Source: Macrostomum lignano
Taxonomy: Eukaryota
NCBI GenBank assembly: GCA_002269645.1
Contig: NIVC01000629.1
Location: 310,001 to 374,000, forward strand
Direction: 5' to 3'
Length of the DNA: 64,000 bases
The notes beneath the pieces were generated by a model. The model did not search any database, had not been told where the DNA came from, and worked only from the letters and a program-made list of their open reading frames with translations. The position numbers and the translations under genes are program-made. Every line of letters starts with the position of its first letter. Positions within the stretch are counted from its first letter, which is position 1. Of the stretch, positions 36,227-48,500 are shown one piece after another.

Positions 36227-36282
<56 letters not shown>

Positions 36283-36617
36283 TTGTTGTTGTTGTTCGTT
36301 TTGTCAAGTTTGGCGCCTTGTAATTCTTCTGGCGCTGGAGTCGACTCCGACGGATGGGGCAGCGGCGGCGGCGGCGGCGGCGGTGGCGATTCGGGAGACG
36401 CCGGGGGTGTCAGCGGGGCGGAGTCCTCGCTGATGATTGCGGCGGCGGCGGCGGTCTGTTTCGGAGTGGCAGCTATCGATGCTTCCGAGCCACTGCGAAG
36501 GTCGCCAGCCGTCTCCAGGTCCTGACTGTCCTCTTGCTGCTGCGGCAGCACCTCGCAAGTCTTGGATTTCCGTTTGATCTTCATTCTGAGAGCGGGGGAG
36601 TCCTTGTCTGTAGCCAT
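36159..36617 (-). CDS. ZNF608: Scribbler/ZNF608 homolog, exon 1 (LRMKIKRK motif, low-complexity N-terminus)
   Basis: ATG at 36617 with acceptor 10 nt upstream; donor GAG|GTGAGG at 36157-36158, phase 0 matches exon 2. Further upstream exons are possible. Confidence 0.7.
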
Positions 36618-37384
36618 GCTCTGCCGGCTGTGTGTTTAAAACTAGACGCTGATTTTATCGCACAGATTGACAGGCGGGTGAAATTTATTAATATGCAATC
36701 GCCAGCGCTGGGCCAGCGAGCTTGCAGTGGGGGGGGGGGCGGCGGCACAAGTGGAGCGGCAATCACACAAAGGCCAGGACAGAGAGACTGTGAGAATTGC
36801 GGCCCCGCAGTTTTGGCTTGTGTGGCTTGAGTGAATGAGAGTGGCAGTGGGGTGGGGGGCGGTCGAAAGGAAAAGGTTGGCAAGATGATCGGTAGAGGGT
36901 TGAGCTGCAACAGCAAATACGATTAGGGCACTGGAGTTTTTACTGCAAAGAGAGGCCACAAATGAGGGCGTGGTGGTGAAGGAAGGCTGTCTGCCAAGGC
37001 TGGCCCGCGGTTGGCTGAGTCGTGACGAACCAATCGAAAGCGTCCAGGGTCTTGGTGGGGAGGGGTGGGAGAGTCAAAGCTGCAAGCGGTCAGGAAAGGA
37101 AGAGCCACAATCCAGCGTATGATATTATTGATTCACTAATAAAGTGGCCAGCAAATCTTCGTGACTGACTGAGGGGCCGGCAGTTCTGCTTTGGTTAGCC
37201 TAATTCGACTGGCTTTTAGTAGAGTAAAATGTTGATCAGCTACACTTAGCTCGCAGAGTCAGCTGGTAAAATGTTTAGCACTTATAGATTATTAAGTCGG
37301 TGGAGACTTAGTGTAGTTTGACTGGTTCTTATTAACTGAAGGCCTTGGGAAACCGAAATCATAATCACAAATTAATAAAACCTT

Positions 37385-39395
37385 ACGTCCTTCAGTGGGC
37401 GTCAGTACACCCCTCCGTCCTTCAGAAGGCGTCAGTACACCCCTCTGTCCTTCAGTGGGCGTCAGTACATCCCTCCGTCTTTCAGTGGGCGCCAGTACAC
37501 CCCTCCGTCCTTCAGAAGGCGTCAGTACACCCTCCGTCCTTCAGAAGGCGTCAGTATACCCTCCGTCCTTCAGAAGGCGTCAGTACACCCTCCGTCCTTC
37601 AGAAAGCGTCAGTACACCACTCCGTCCTTCAGAAGGCGTCAGTACACCCCTCCGTCCTTCAGAAGGCGTCAGTACACCACTCCGTCCTTCAGTGGGCGCC
37701 AGTACACCCCTCCGTCCTTCAAAAGGCGTCAGTACACCCTCCGTCCTTCAGAAGGCGTCAGTACACCACTCCGTCCTTCAGTGGGCGCCAGTACACCACT
37801 CCGTCCTTCAGTGGGCGTCAGTACACCCCTCCGTCCTTCAGTGTGCGTCAGTACACCACTCCGTCCTTCAGTGGGCGCCAGTACACCCTCCATCATTCAG
37901 TGGGCGCCAGTATACCCTCCATCATTCAGTGGGCGCCAGTATACCCTCCATCATTCAGTGGGCGCCAGTATACCCTCCATCATTCAGTGGGCGCCAGTAT
38001 ACCCTCCATGATTCAGTGGGCGCCAGTATACCCTCCATCATTCAGTGGGCGCCAGTATACCCTTCATCATTCAGTGAGAGCCAGTACACCCCTCCATCAG
38101 TCAGTGAGAGCCAGTACACCCCCATCAGTCAGTGGGAGCCAGTACACCCCCATCAGTCAGTGGGAGCCAGTACACCCCCATCAGTCAGTGGGAGCCAGTA
38201 CACCCCCATCAGTCAGTGGGAGCCAGTACACCCCCATCAGTCAGTGGGAGCCAGTACACCCCCATCAGTCAGTGAGAGCCAGTACACCCCCATCAGTCAG
38301 TGGGAGCCAGTACACCCCCATCAGTCAGTGGGAGCCAGTACACCTCTCCATCAGTCAGTGAGAGCCAGTACACCTCTCCATCAGTCAGTGGGAGCCAGTA
38401 CACCTCTCCATCAGTCAGTGAGAGCCAGTACACCTCTCCATCAGTCAGTGGGAGCCAGTACACCTCTCCATCAGTCAGTGGGAGCCAGTACACCTCTCTA
38501 TCAGTCAGTGGGAGCCAGTACACCTCTCCATCAGTCAGTGGGAGCCAGTACACCTCTCCATCAGTCAGTGGGAGCCAGTACACCTCTCCATCAGTCAGTG
38601 AGAGCCAGTACACCCCCATCAGTCAGTGAGAGCCAGTACACCCCCATCAGTCAGTGGGAGCCAGTACACCCCCATCAGTCAGTGAGAGCCAGTACACCCC
38701 CATCAGTCAGTGGGAGCCAGTACACCCCCATCAGTCAGTGGGAGCCAGTACACCTCTCCATCAGTCAGTGAGAGCCAGTACACCTCTCCATCAGTCAGTG
38801 GGAGCCAGTACACCTCTCCATCAGTCAGTGAGAGCCAGTACACCTCTCCATCAGTCAGTGAGAGCCAGTACACCCCCATCAGTCAGTGAGAGCCAGTACA
38901 CCCCCATCAGTCAGTGGGAGCCAGTACACCTCTCCATCAGTCAGTGGGAGCCAGTACACCTCTCCATCAGTCAGTGAGAGCCAGTACACCTCTCCATCAG
39001 TCAGTGAGAGCCAGTACACCTCTCCATCAGTCAGTGGGAGCCAGTACACCTCTCCATCAGTCAGTGGGAGCCAGTACACCTCTCCATCAGTCAGTGGGAG
39101 CCAGTACACCTCTCCATCAGTCAGTGGGAGCCAGTACACCTCTCCATCAGTCAGTGGGAGCCAGTACACCCCCATCAGTCAGTGGGAGCCAGTACACCTC
39201 TCCATCAGTCAGTGGGAGCCAGTACACCTCTCCATCAGTCAGTGGGAGCCAGTACACCTCTCCATCAGTCAGTGGGAGCCAGTACACCCCATCAGTCAGT
39301 GGGAGCCAGTACACCCCTCCATCAGTCAGTGGGAGCCAGTACACCTCTCCATCAGTCAGTGGGAGCCAGTACACCTCTCCATCAGTCAGTGGCGC
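37385..39395. repeat. 2-kb minisatellite, 27-30-bp unit with a sequence gradient
   Basis: CCGTCCTTCAGAAGGCGTCAGTACACCC drifts to CCATCAGTCAGTGGGAGCCAGTACACCTCT. Confidence 0.95.
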
Positions 39396-40049
39396 CAGTG
39401 CCTCCTCCCCATTATGAATATGCTATATTTTTAATTGCCCAGAGCAGACCCGATTGCAGCAGACTACACCGAAGTTTGCAGAGAAACTCTGCAGCAAATA
39501 AACTTTCCCAAGAAATCTTATTTTCCAACAAGTTTCAAAGCATTCTCCTGCCAAGCTCAAGTTCACGCAGACAGCTTGTATATGCGGCAGTGAGGCAGAG
39601 TCCCAGCCACTTGAATGGCGTGCTGGCGAGGCCCGAACAGCTATCTGCATTGTGCAAACACAGTATATTGGGCTTCTATTTCTGTGTTCTTATCTGCCCG
39701 GCTCTGTCTATTTCTTTATTCGATTTTCTGTTCTCTGCACAATGCGCTGCAGTCCAGCAGTGCCTGACACCTTGAAGAGCGCGTTGAGTGACTATAGAGT
39801 GAGGTGGCGGCTGCCGAATGAGAAAAATAAGTGGCTTCAGCACAAACTGCCAGCAGCAGCAAAGTCTGCAGAGTGCAAAGAACAAATTGGACTGTCTGAG
39901 AGCCAGGTGCTGCTAGCTCAAGGCTTGAGGCAGAGGCCTTTTCAACATTCGTTCAATGACAAGTTGGAACCCTTAATTAAACTAATTAAAATGCAACTTC
40001 TTAATCCGCTTTTGCCCAGGCTCTCGATTTATATTTATCGCGCTAGATC

Positions 40050-40640
40050 TCTCCCCATCTCCCCACTCTCTTCTCATCTCCCCACTCTCTCCCCATCTCC
40101 CCACTCTCTCCCCATCTCCCCACTCTCGCCCCATCTCCCCACTCTCTCCCACCCTCTCTTCCACTCTCTCCCACTCTCTCTCACCCTCTCTCACCCTCTC
40201 ACACTCTCTCCCACTCTCTCCCCATCTCCCCACTCTCTCCCACCCTCTCTTCCACTCTCTCCCACTCTCTCTCACCCTCTCTCACCCTCTCACACTCTCT
40301 CCCACTCTCTCCCACTCTCTCCCCATCTCCCCACTCTCTCCCACCCTCTCTTATATTCTCTCCCACCCTCTCCCCATCTCCCCACTCTCCCTCACCCTCT
40401 CCCACCCTCTCTTCCACTCTCTCCCACTCTCTCTCACCCTCTCTCACCCTCTCACACTCTCTCCCACCCTCTCCCGCTCTCCCACTCTCTCTCACCCTCT
40501 CTCACCCTCTCACACTCTCTCCCACCCTCTCCCGCTCTCCCACTCTCTTTCACCCTCTCCCGCCCTCTTCCACCGTCGTTCACTCTCTCCCACCCTATCC
40601 CACCCTATCCCACTCTCACCCCCCCTCTCCCACTCTTTCC
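40050..40640. repeat. CT-rich polypyrimidine low-complexity array (CCCACTCTCT variants)
   Basis: Direct inspection. Confidence 0.9.
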
Positions 40641-41243
40641 CACTCTCTCCCACCCTTGCAGATTTGCAATTAAAAATCATTGGCTACCCGTCTTCATCGT
40701 GTGACCTCACGTTCTAGGATTAGTGGATCAGCAGGAAACCTGGTGTGGCAGCGAACTACCCAGGTCCAAACCATTAATTGTAATCCAAAAAGAAGCCAAA
40801 TATGAATAGAACAAAATCAGTGACCGATCACCCACCCCGCAAACATTGAGCATTTTCCCTGCTTAAGAACAGAGTAGCTTCTTAGCTTGTTGGCAGTTGC
40901 AGAAGATAATTATCGCGGGTCGTCATCGCGATCTAGGCGGGATTCAGAGGACAGAAGTTGGCAGCAGGGAGGCAGCCACCCCCCCCCCCCCAGCGCAGGC
41001 GGCCATTTGTTGTCGCCTTTCATTTGCTATCCCATATTTGCCGGCGTCCCGACATGGGCGCGGCGCGCAGGCACGCGACAACTGTCACCGGAGCCGCGTG
41101 CCCCGCGTGTTTACTCAGGAGGCACCGCCGGCGCCCGGGGGGGGGGGGGTAAGCAAAATGGGAGGAGTCTTAAAGAGAGTTCCCGGCTAAACCTTGGAGT
41201 CCCAGAGCTAGAATCTGGTTCGCACTCGGTTTTCAGACAACTA

Positions 41244-42112
41244 CACCTTTTTACTTTCTATTTTGAAAAATCTGCACTCAATATTGACATCTTTGCATTC
41301 AATTTTGACACTGTGTTACAAAACAGTGCCTTTATCTCGCCGTCTATGGAACAAAGCTTGCATATGCGCATCCACTTTTGACAGAGTGCATCCAGAAGTG
41401 ACAGATTGCAGTAGCACACATTGAAAACAACCTTAGTTAACCGTATAAATACAGTAGCTAATCAGTTTGCCAAGTCGTATTACGTTCTGTATGGCATGTC
41501 CGCGAGTCAACGCCTAAGTTAGCGACGACGACAGGAGGCGGTTAACGACTTTTTTACCTGGCTCGTGCCTTGGGGATCAAAAGAACCACAGCGTATGCCG
41601 TTGGTAGAAGTGGACGAATAAAAAAGCTGCCAAATGGAGATCAGATTAGAGTTCAAATCAGGACATGCTGGCGGTTTCATGAAGAACCTCGATTGAGACA
41701 AATCCCAATATTGCTCTGGCCGGGACCTGGGATCAGCGAACACTCGCCGGGGCGATTGGCCAGGGCGAACTCTCACCGGATCAGTCAGGGCGCGTAGGCC
41801 CCGCTAGGGTTGGGATCGGATCTTTAATTGTCACTTCTGGGTGCACTCTGTCAAAAGTGGATGCGCATATGCAAGCTTTGTTCCATAGACGGCGAGATAA
41901 AGGCACTGTTTTGTAACACAGTGTCAAAATTGCTTGCAAATTGTTAATTAAGGTTGAAGTTTGTCATTTTTCGGTTGAAATTCATCATTATTGCAATTGA
42001 GTTTGTCAAAATAGGTTGAACATTTCTACAAGCAATGCCACAGACTGTCAAAATTGAATGCAAAGATGTCAATATTGAGTGCAGATTTTTCAAAATAGAA
42101 AGTAGAAAGGTG
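41244..42112 (+). mobile_element. IS630-Tc1-mariner-derived non-autonomous element, long TIRs, TA TSD, degraded HTH transposase remnant
   Basis: TA|CACCTTT...AAAGGTG|TA; arms 41244-41403 and 41829-42112; internal frameshifted MSASQRLS*RRRQEAVNDF/LARALGIKRTTAYAVGRSGRIKKLPNG (HTH-like). Confidence 0.8.
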
Positions 42113-42734
42113 TAGCGAAGCGTACATGTCCTATCGCCAGTAGAACGCCACAGACAATGGTGGACCTGACGTCGAAGAAAGTTGCGATGCAGATTTTTGT
42201 CTGTGCGGCCAGGCTGCATAAAGATTGGGGGAAGAGAGTTAGCAATCCAAGTTCCGGTTCTCGGGTCTCCCTGGCTGAACCCGCCGCCGCCTTCATTTGT
42301 CCCAGCAGAGAGCTTTTCCCCTCGGCTTTTCTAACTCCCCACCCTCCCCAGCTGCATGCTTCCTTGTCTTCCCAAACCCCTGGGGGCCGTCGGGTGAAGT
42401 CAGATTTCGTTAACTTGCGGATTTTGTTGGGCTATCAGGCTAAATCTGTGTCCCACGGTCAGTGACGTCATGCCCTGCGAATGGACGATGGGCAAAGCTG
42501 ATAGTGTAGGGATGGGTCTGTGGAATCAGTGCTGATTGAACACATTGCCGCGTCAGCCTGTTTGTCATCCCACTAAGCAGGCCAGATTCCGAACTCTTAC
42601 AGAGGCGGGCTTAGCAACTGCTGAAGGCAGGCTCAGTCCGGTGCCCTCTGGTTCTCCATTTCACTTTACTTGGGGATTTCAATGGGATTTTATTCAGTTC
42701 AAATTGTCCTTACCCATTTCCCAATAGGTACTTT

Positions 42735-42970
42735 GGGATTTTACAGTTGGGATTTTACAGTTGGGATTTTACAGTTGGGAGTTTACAGATGGGATTTTAC
42801 ATTTGGGATTATAAAGTTGGGATTTTACAGTTGGGAGTTTACAGATGGGATTTTACAGTTGGGATTATAAAGCTGGGATTTTACAGTTGGGATTATAAAG
42901 CTGGGATTTTACAGTTGGGATTTTACAGTTGGGATTATAAAGTTGGGATTTTACAGTTGGGATTTTACTG
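42735..42970. repeat. 14-15-bp array (TTGGGATTTTACAG)
   Basis: About 16 copies. Confidence 0.92.
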
Positions 42971-43419
42971 TTGAAATTTAGAATACCTTTTAATGATTTC
43001 TAGAAAAATGTTATGCTTTATGCATTTTACGAAACAGAGTTTAAAAATATTTACCAGCGAGATTTAATGCTCTTAAGCAAGTTGTTTTTGCTAGTTAATG
43101 TGTTCCCTAATATCTACCATGTCAGACGTTAATTTTATGCCCACCAAAGCAGAGACAAACTAGCCCAGCGGATGAAGCAAGTCCAGCCTCACTCTCTGAA
43201 GTTCTTTCTCTCCATTTTCTTTCTTCATCCTCCTAAGCCAGCAATCGATAAAGGCTAGAGATGAGGCCACCGGAGAGCGAGGACCTGCAGGGACTGATTG
43301 AGGACGAACTGCAGTCAGGCTTTTTTGGGCTCACAGCCACCGCACAGGGAGCGAGCAGCGAGGTTTGGCTGGCAATTTGAAGGACAGGTCGAACTGCTGG
43401 TGGGGAGCGGCTGGAGACT

Positions 43420-43830
43420 GAGTGACTCACTGAGTGAGTGAGCCATAACTGATGAGTGAGTGAGTGAGTGAGCCATAACTGATGAGTGAGTGAGTGAGCC
43501 ATAACTGATGAGTGAGTGAGTGAGCCATAACTGATGAGTGAGTGAGTGAGCCATATATAATGAGTGAGTGACTGAGCCATAACTGATGAGTGAGTGAGTG
43601 AGCCATAACTGGTGAGTGAGTGAGTAAGTAAGTAAGTGAGTGAGTGGGTGAGTGAGTGAGTGAGTAAGTAAGTAAGTGAGTGAGTGGGTGAGTGAGTGAG
43701 TGAGTGAGTGAGTGAGTGAGTGAGTGAGTGAGTGAGTGAGTGAGTGAGTGAGTGAGTGAGTGAGTGAGTGAGTGAGTGAGTGAGTGACTGAGTGAGTGAG
43801 TGAGTGAGTGAACGAGTGAGTGAGTGAGTG
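43420..43830. repeat. (GAGT)n microsatellite with GCCATAACTGAT-interrupted higher units
   Basis: Direct inspection. Confidence 0.92.
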
Positions 43831-44271
43831 AGCCAGCCATAACCAAGCCGTACTGGGACAATAACCGATGGGGATAAAAGAAATCTATCAATGCCGCACA
43901 GCATATAGAAAAGCAGAAACTGAACGAGAGAGGCGAGGCAGAAATGGGAGAAGTGGAAGCGAGACGGTCTGTGGGGAGAATTGGGCCCAAATATCAGCCA
44001 GTGTTTACTGCCTCTATTCCCAATTCACCGCCCGCAGCCTCTTTCCGGTTGAGCTTCCTCACCAAGCTTCATGAGCAGCTTGAGCCCAACTTCTGAGCAC
44101 GCAGTCTGCGCCGCTCTCAGCCATCCACTCTTTGCAGCCCTCAGCAGACGAACCCACCGGGCAAAACCTCAGTGCAACAAACAGCCCGCTATGAAAGTTT
44201 GCTGCGATTGTTCAGAAAAAATAGCAATGAGAAAATAGAAACCCTTAAGTTATTTCCTTTTGCGGGGCAAC

Positions 44272-44878
44272 TGACCCCTCTAGAACTATCCGGGGCAACT
44301 GACCCCTCTAGAACTATCCGGGGCAACTGACCCCTCTAGAACTATCCGGGGCAACTGACCCCTCTAGAACTATCCGGGGCAACTGACCCCTCTAGAACTA
44401 TCCGGGGCAACTGACCCCTCTAAAACTATCTGGGGCAACTGACCCCCTATAAGTATCTGAGGGGCAACTGACCCCTCTAGAACTATCCGGGGCAACTGAC
44501 CCCTCTAAAACTATCTGGGGCAACTGACCCCCTATAAGTATCTGAGGGGCAACTGACCCCTCTAAAACTATCTGGGGCAACTGACCCCCTATAAGTATCT
44601 GAGGGGCAACTGATCCCTCTAGAACTATCCGGGGCAACTGACCCCTCTAAAACTATCTGGGGCAACTGACCCCCTATAAGTATCTGAGGGGCAACTGACC
44701 CCTCTAGAACTATCCGGGGCAACTGACCCCTCTAGAACTATCCGGGGCAACTGACCCCTCTAGAACTATCAGGGGCAACTGACCCCTCTAGAACTATCTG
44801 AGGGGCAACTGACCCCTTATAAGTATCTGAGGGGCAACTGACCCCCCTTATAAGTATCTGAGGGGCAACTGACCCAAC
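44272..44878. repeat. Minisatellite, 28-bp unit (GGGGCAACTGACCCCTCTAGAACTATCC)
   Basis: About 21 copies, two alternating variants. Confidence 0.95.
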
Positions 44879-45574
44879 CTCAAGAGTCAGAAGCAGTCGA
44901 CTTCATTACCCCAGCCCTGTGAAAGTGTTTAGCAAGTTGTAAAAGGAACGCTTGTACTCAAGCATTAGTCGCATAACTGTTAACAATAGTAAGACTCAAG
45001 AACCTTGACAGCTGAGTGAGGCAAAGGCAATTTGAGAGCAACAGAAAGAAACGAAGGAGGACGAGTAAAAAAGTAAAGAAAAGTTGCTCTGGTTGCAAAC
45101 AGCCAAAGCCAATTTCAGCACGAGTGGCTCGCTTTCGCAATTGTCTAAAGCTAAAAGGCCTCCCTAGCCTCCAAGGCTCGCGCAGTGCATGTGCGACAGG
45201 CAGCCTCGCTGCTTAATCAAACAGGACTGGTTAACAAGCTTTTCCGAAGCACCGCGTGGGGCCCCGACATCTCAGCTTCTCTCTCTGTCCCCACCTTCCC
45301 CGCTTTGGCCCAGCTGTGAGGGCGCACTGGAATGCAGACCATATAAGCTATTAAATGCGGGGCCAGGGGGGAATGAGAGAAAACAGTTTCTTCAATTGCT
45401 TGCCAGCTCTCTCTCATTCTAAGCCTGTCTGCAGCACCACTGGGGCAGACGGAGTGTGCGGATTTAGCGGGTATACGGACTGCTGGCAGATAAGATATGC
45501 CATGGGGTGTTTACGGCCTTGACCAGAGTACAGGGCTGTCACTTCACAGTTCCTAGCTGGTCTGCTGTATGTGG

Positions 45575-48500
45575 TCTGGTGTGTGCGTGACCCATGTGGT
45601 CTGGTGAGTGTGTGACCCATGTGATTTGGTGAGTGTGTGACCCATGTGGTCTGGTGAGTGTGTGACCCCTGGTGAGTGTGAGACCCATGTGGTCTGGTGA
45701 GTGTGTGACCCCTGGTTAGTGTGTGAGTGACCCATGTGGTCTGGTGAGTGTGTGACCCCTGTGGTCTGGTGAGTGTGTGGCCCATGTGATTTGGTGAGTG
45801 TGTGACCCATGTGGTCTGGTGAGTGTGTGACCCCTGGTTAGTGTGTGACCCATGTGGTCTCGTGAGTGTGTGACCCCTGGTTAGTGTGTGAGTGACCCAT
45901 GTGGTCTGGTGAGTGTGTGGCTCATGTGGTCTGGTGAGTGTGTGACCCCTGGTTAGTGTGTGACCCATGTGGTCTCGTGAGTGTGTGACCCCTGGTTAGT
46001 GTGTGAGTGACCCATGTGGTCTGGTGATTGTGTGACCCATGTGGTCTGGTGAGTGTGTGACCCCTGTGGTCTGGTGAGTGTGTGGCCCATGTGATTTGGT
46101 GAGTGTGTGACCCATGTGGTCTGGTGAGTGTGTGACCCCTGGTTAGTGTGTGACCCATGTGGTCTCGTGAGTGTGTGACCCCTGGTTAGTGTGTGAGTGA
46201 CCCATGTGGTCTGGTGAGTGTGTGACCCATGTGGTCTGGTGAGTGTGTGGCCCATGTGATTTGGTGAGTGTGTGACCCATGTGGTCTGGTGAGTGTGTGA
46301 CCCCTGGTTAGTGTGTGACCCATGTGGTCTCGTGAGTGTGTGACCCCTGGTTAGTGTGTGAGTGACCCATGTGGTCTGGTGAGTGTGTGACCCATGTGGT
46401 CTGGTGAGTGTGTGACCCATGTGGTCTGGTGAGTGTGTGGCCTATGTGGTCTGGTGAGTGTGTGACCCATGTGGTCTGGTGAGTGTGTGACCCATGTGGT
46501 GTGGTGAGTGTGAGACCCATGTGGTCTGGTGAGTGTGTGACCCCTGGTTAGTGTCTGACCCATGTGGTCTCGTGAGTGTGTGACCCCTGGTTAGTGTGTG
46601 TGTGACCCATGTGGTCTGGTGAGTGTGTGACCCATGTGGTCTGGTGAGTGTGTGACCCATGTGGTCTGGTGAGTGTGTGGCCTATGTGGTCTGGTGAGTG
46701 AGTGACCCATGTGGTCTGGTGAGTGTGTGACCCATGTGGTCTGGTGAGTGTGTGACCCATGTGGTCTGGTGAGTGTGTGGCCTATGTGGTCTGGTGAGTG
46801 AGTGACCCATGTGGTCTGGTGAGTGTGTGACCCATGTGGTCTGGTGAGTGTGTGACCCATGTGGTCTGGTGAGTGTGTGACCCCTGGTGAGTGTGAGACC
46901 CATGTGGTCTGGTGAGTGTCACCCCTGGTGAGTGTGAGACCCATGTGGTCTGGTGAGTGTCACCCCTGGTGAGTGTGAGACCCATGTGGTCTGGTGAGTG
47001 TGCGACCCATGTGGTCTGGTGAGTGTGTGGCCTATGTGATCTGGTGAGTGTGTGACCCATGTGGTCTGGTGAGTGTGTGGCCTATGTGGTCTGGTGAGTG
47101 TGTGGCCTATGTGGTCTGGTGAGTGTGTGACCCCTGGTGAGTGTGAGACCCATGTGGTCTGGTGAGTGTGTGACCCCTGGTGAGTGTGAGAACCATGTGG
47201 TCTGGTGAGTGTGCGACCCATGTGGTCTGGTGAGTGTGAGACCCATGTGGTCTGGTGAGTGTGTGACCCCTGGTGAGTGTGAGAACCATGTGGTCTGGTG
47301 AGTGTGCGACCCATGTGGTCTGGTGAGTGTGAGACCCATGTGGTCTGGTGAGTGTGTGGCCTATGTGGTCTGGTGAGTGTGTGGCCTATGTGGTCTGGTG
47401 AGTGTGTGGCCTATGTGGTCTGGTGAGTGTGTGGCCTATGTGGTCTGGTGAGTGTGTGACCCATGTGGTCTGGTGAGTGTGTGACCCATGTGGTCTGGTG
47501 AGTGTGTGACCCATGTGGTCTGGTGAGTGTGTGGCCTATGTGGTCTGGTGAGTGTGTGACCCATGTGGTCTGGTGAGTGTGTGACCCATGTGGTCTGGTG
47601 AGTGTGTGACCCTTGTGGTCTGGTGAGTTTGTGACCCATGTGGTCTGGTGAGTGTGTGACCCATGTGGTCTGGTGAGTGTGTGACCCATGTGGTCTGGTG
47701 AGTGTGTGGCCTATGTGGTCTGGTGAGTGTGTGACCCATGTGGTCTGGTGAGTGTGTGACCCATGTGGTCTGGTGAGTGTGTGACCCTTGTGGTCTGGTG
47801 AGTGTGTGACCCATGTGGTCTGGTGAGTGAGTGACCTATGTGGTCTGGTGAGTGTGTGACCCATGTGGTCTGGTGAGTGAGTGACCCATGTGGTCTGGTG
47901 AGTGTGTGACCCATGTGGTCTGGTGAGTGAGTGACCCATGTGGTCTGGTGAGTGTGTGACCCCTGGTGAGTGTGAGACCCATGTGGTCTCGTGAGTGTGT
48001 GACCCCTGGTTAGTGTGTGAGTGACCCATGTGGTCTGGTGAGTGCGTGACCCATGTGGTCTGGTGAGTGTGTGACCCATGTGATTTGGTGAGTGTGTGAC
48101 CCATGTGGTCTGGTGAGTGTGTGACCCCTGTGGTCTAATGAGTGTGTGGCCCATGTGATTTGGTGAGTGTGTGACCCATGTGGTCTGGTGAGTGTGTGAC
48201 CCCTGGTTAGTGTGTGACCCATGTGGTCTCGTGAGTGTGTGACCCCTGGTTAGTGTGTGAGTGACCCATGTGGTCTGGTGAGTGTGTGGCTCATGTGGTC
48301 TGGTGAGTGTGTGGCCCATGTGATTTGGTGAGTGTGTGACCCATGTGGTCTGGTGAGTGTGTGACCCCTGGTTAGTGTGTGACCCATGTGGTCTCGTGAG
48401 TGTGTGACCCCTGGTTAGTGTGTGAGTGACCCATGTGGTCTGGTGAGTGTGTGACCCATGTGGTCTGGTGAGTGTGTGACCCATGTGGTCTGGTGAGTGT

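Noticed and set aside
37345-39775. Mucin-like S/T/P-rich ORFs
   Set aside because: Minisatellite translations with frequent frame switches and no signal peptide or splice support.
43230-45570. Gene between scribbler and the large satellite
   Set aside because: Exon-like GC islands exist (43250-43410, 44070-44170, 45430-45560) but no consistent frame or recognisable protein could be assembled.
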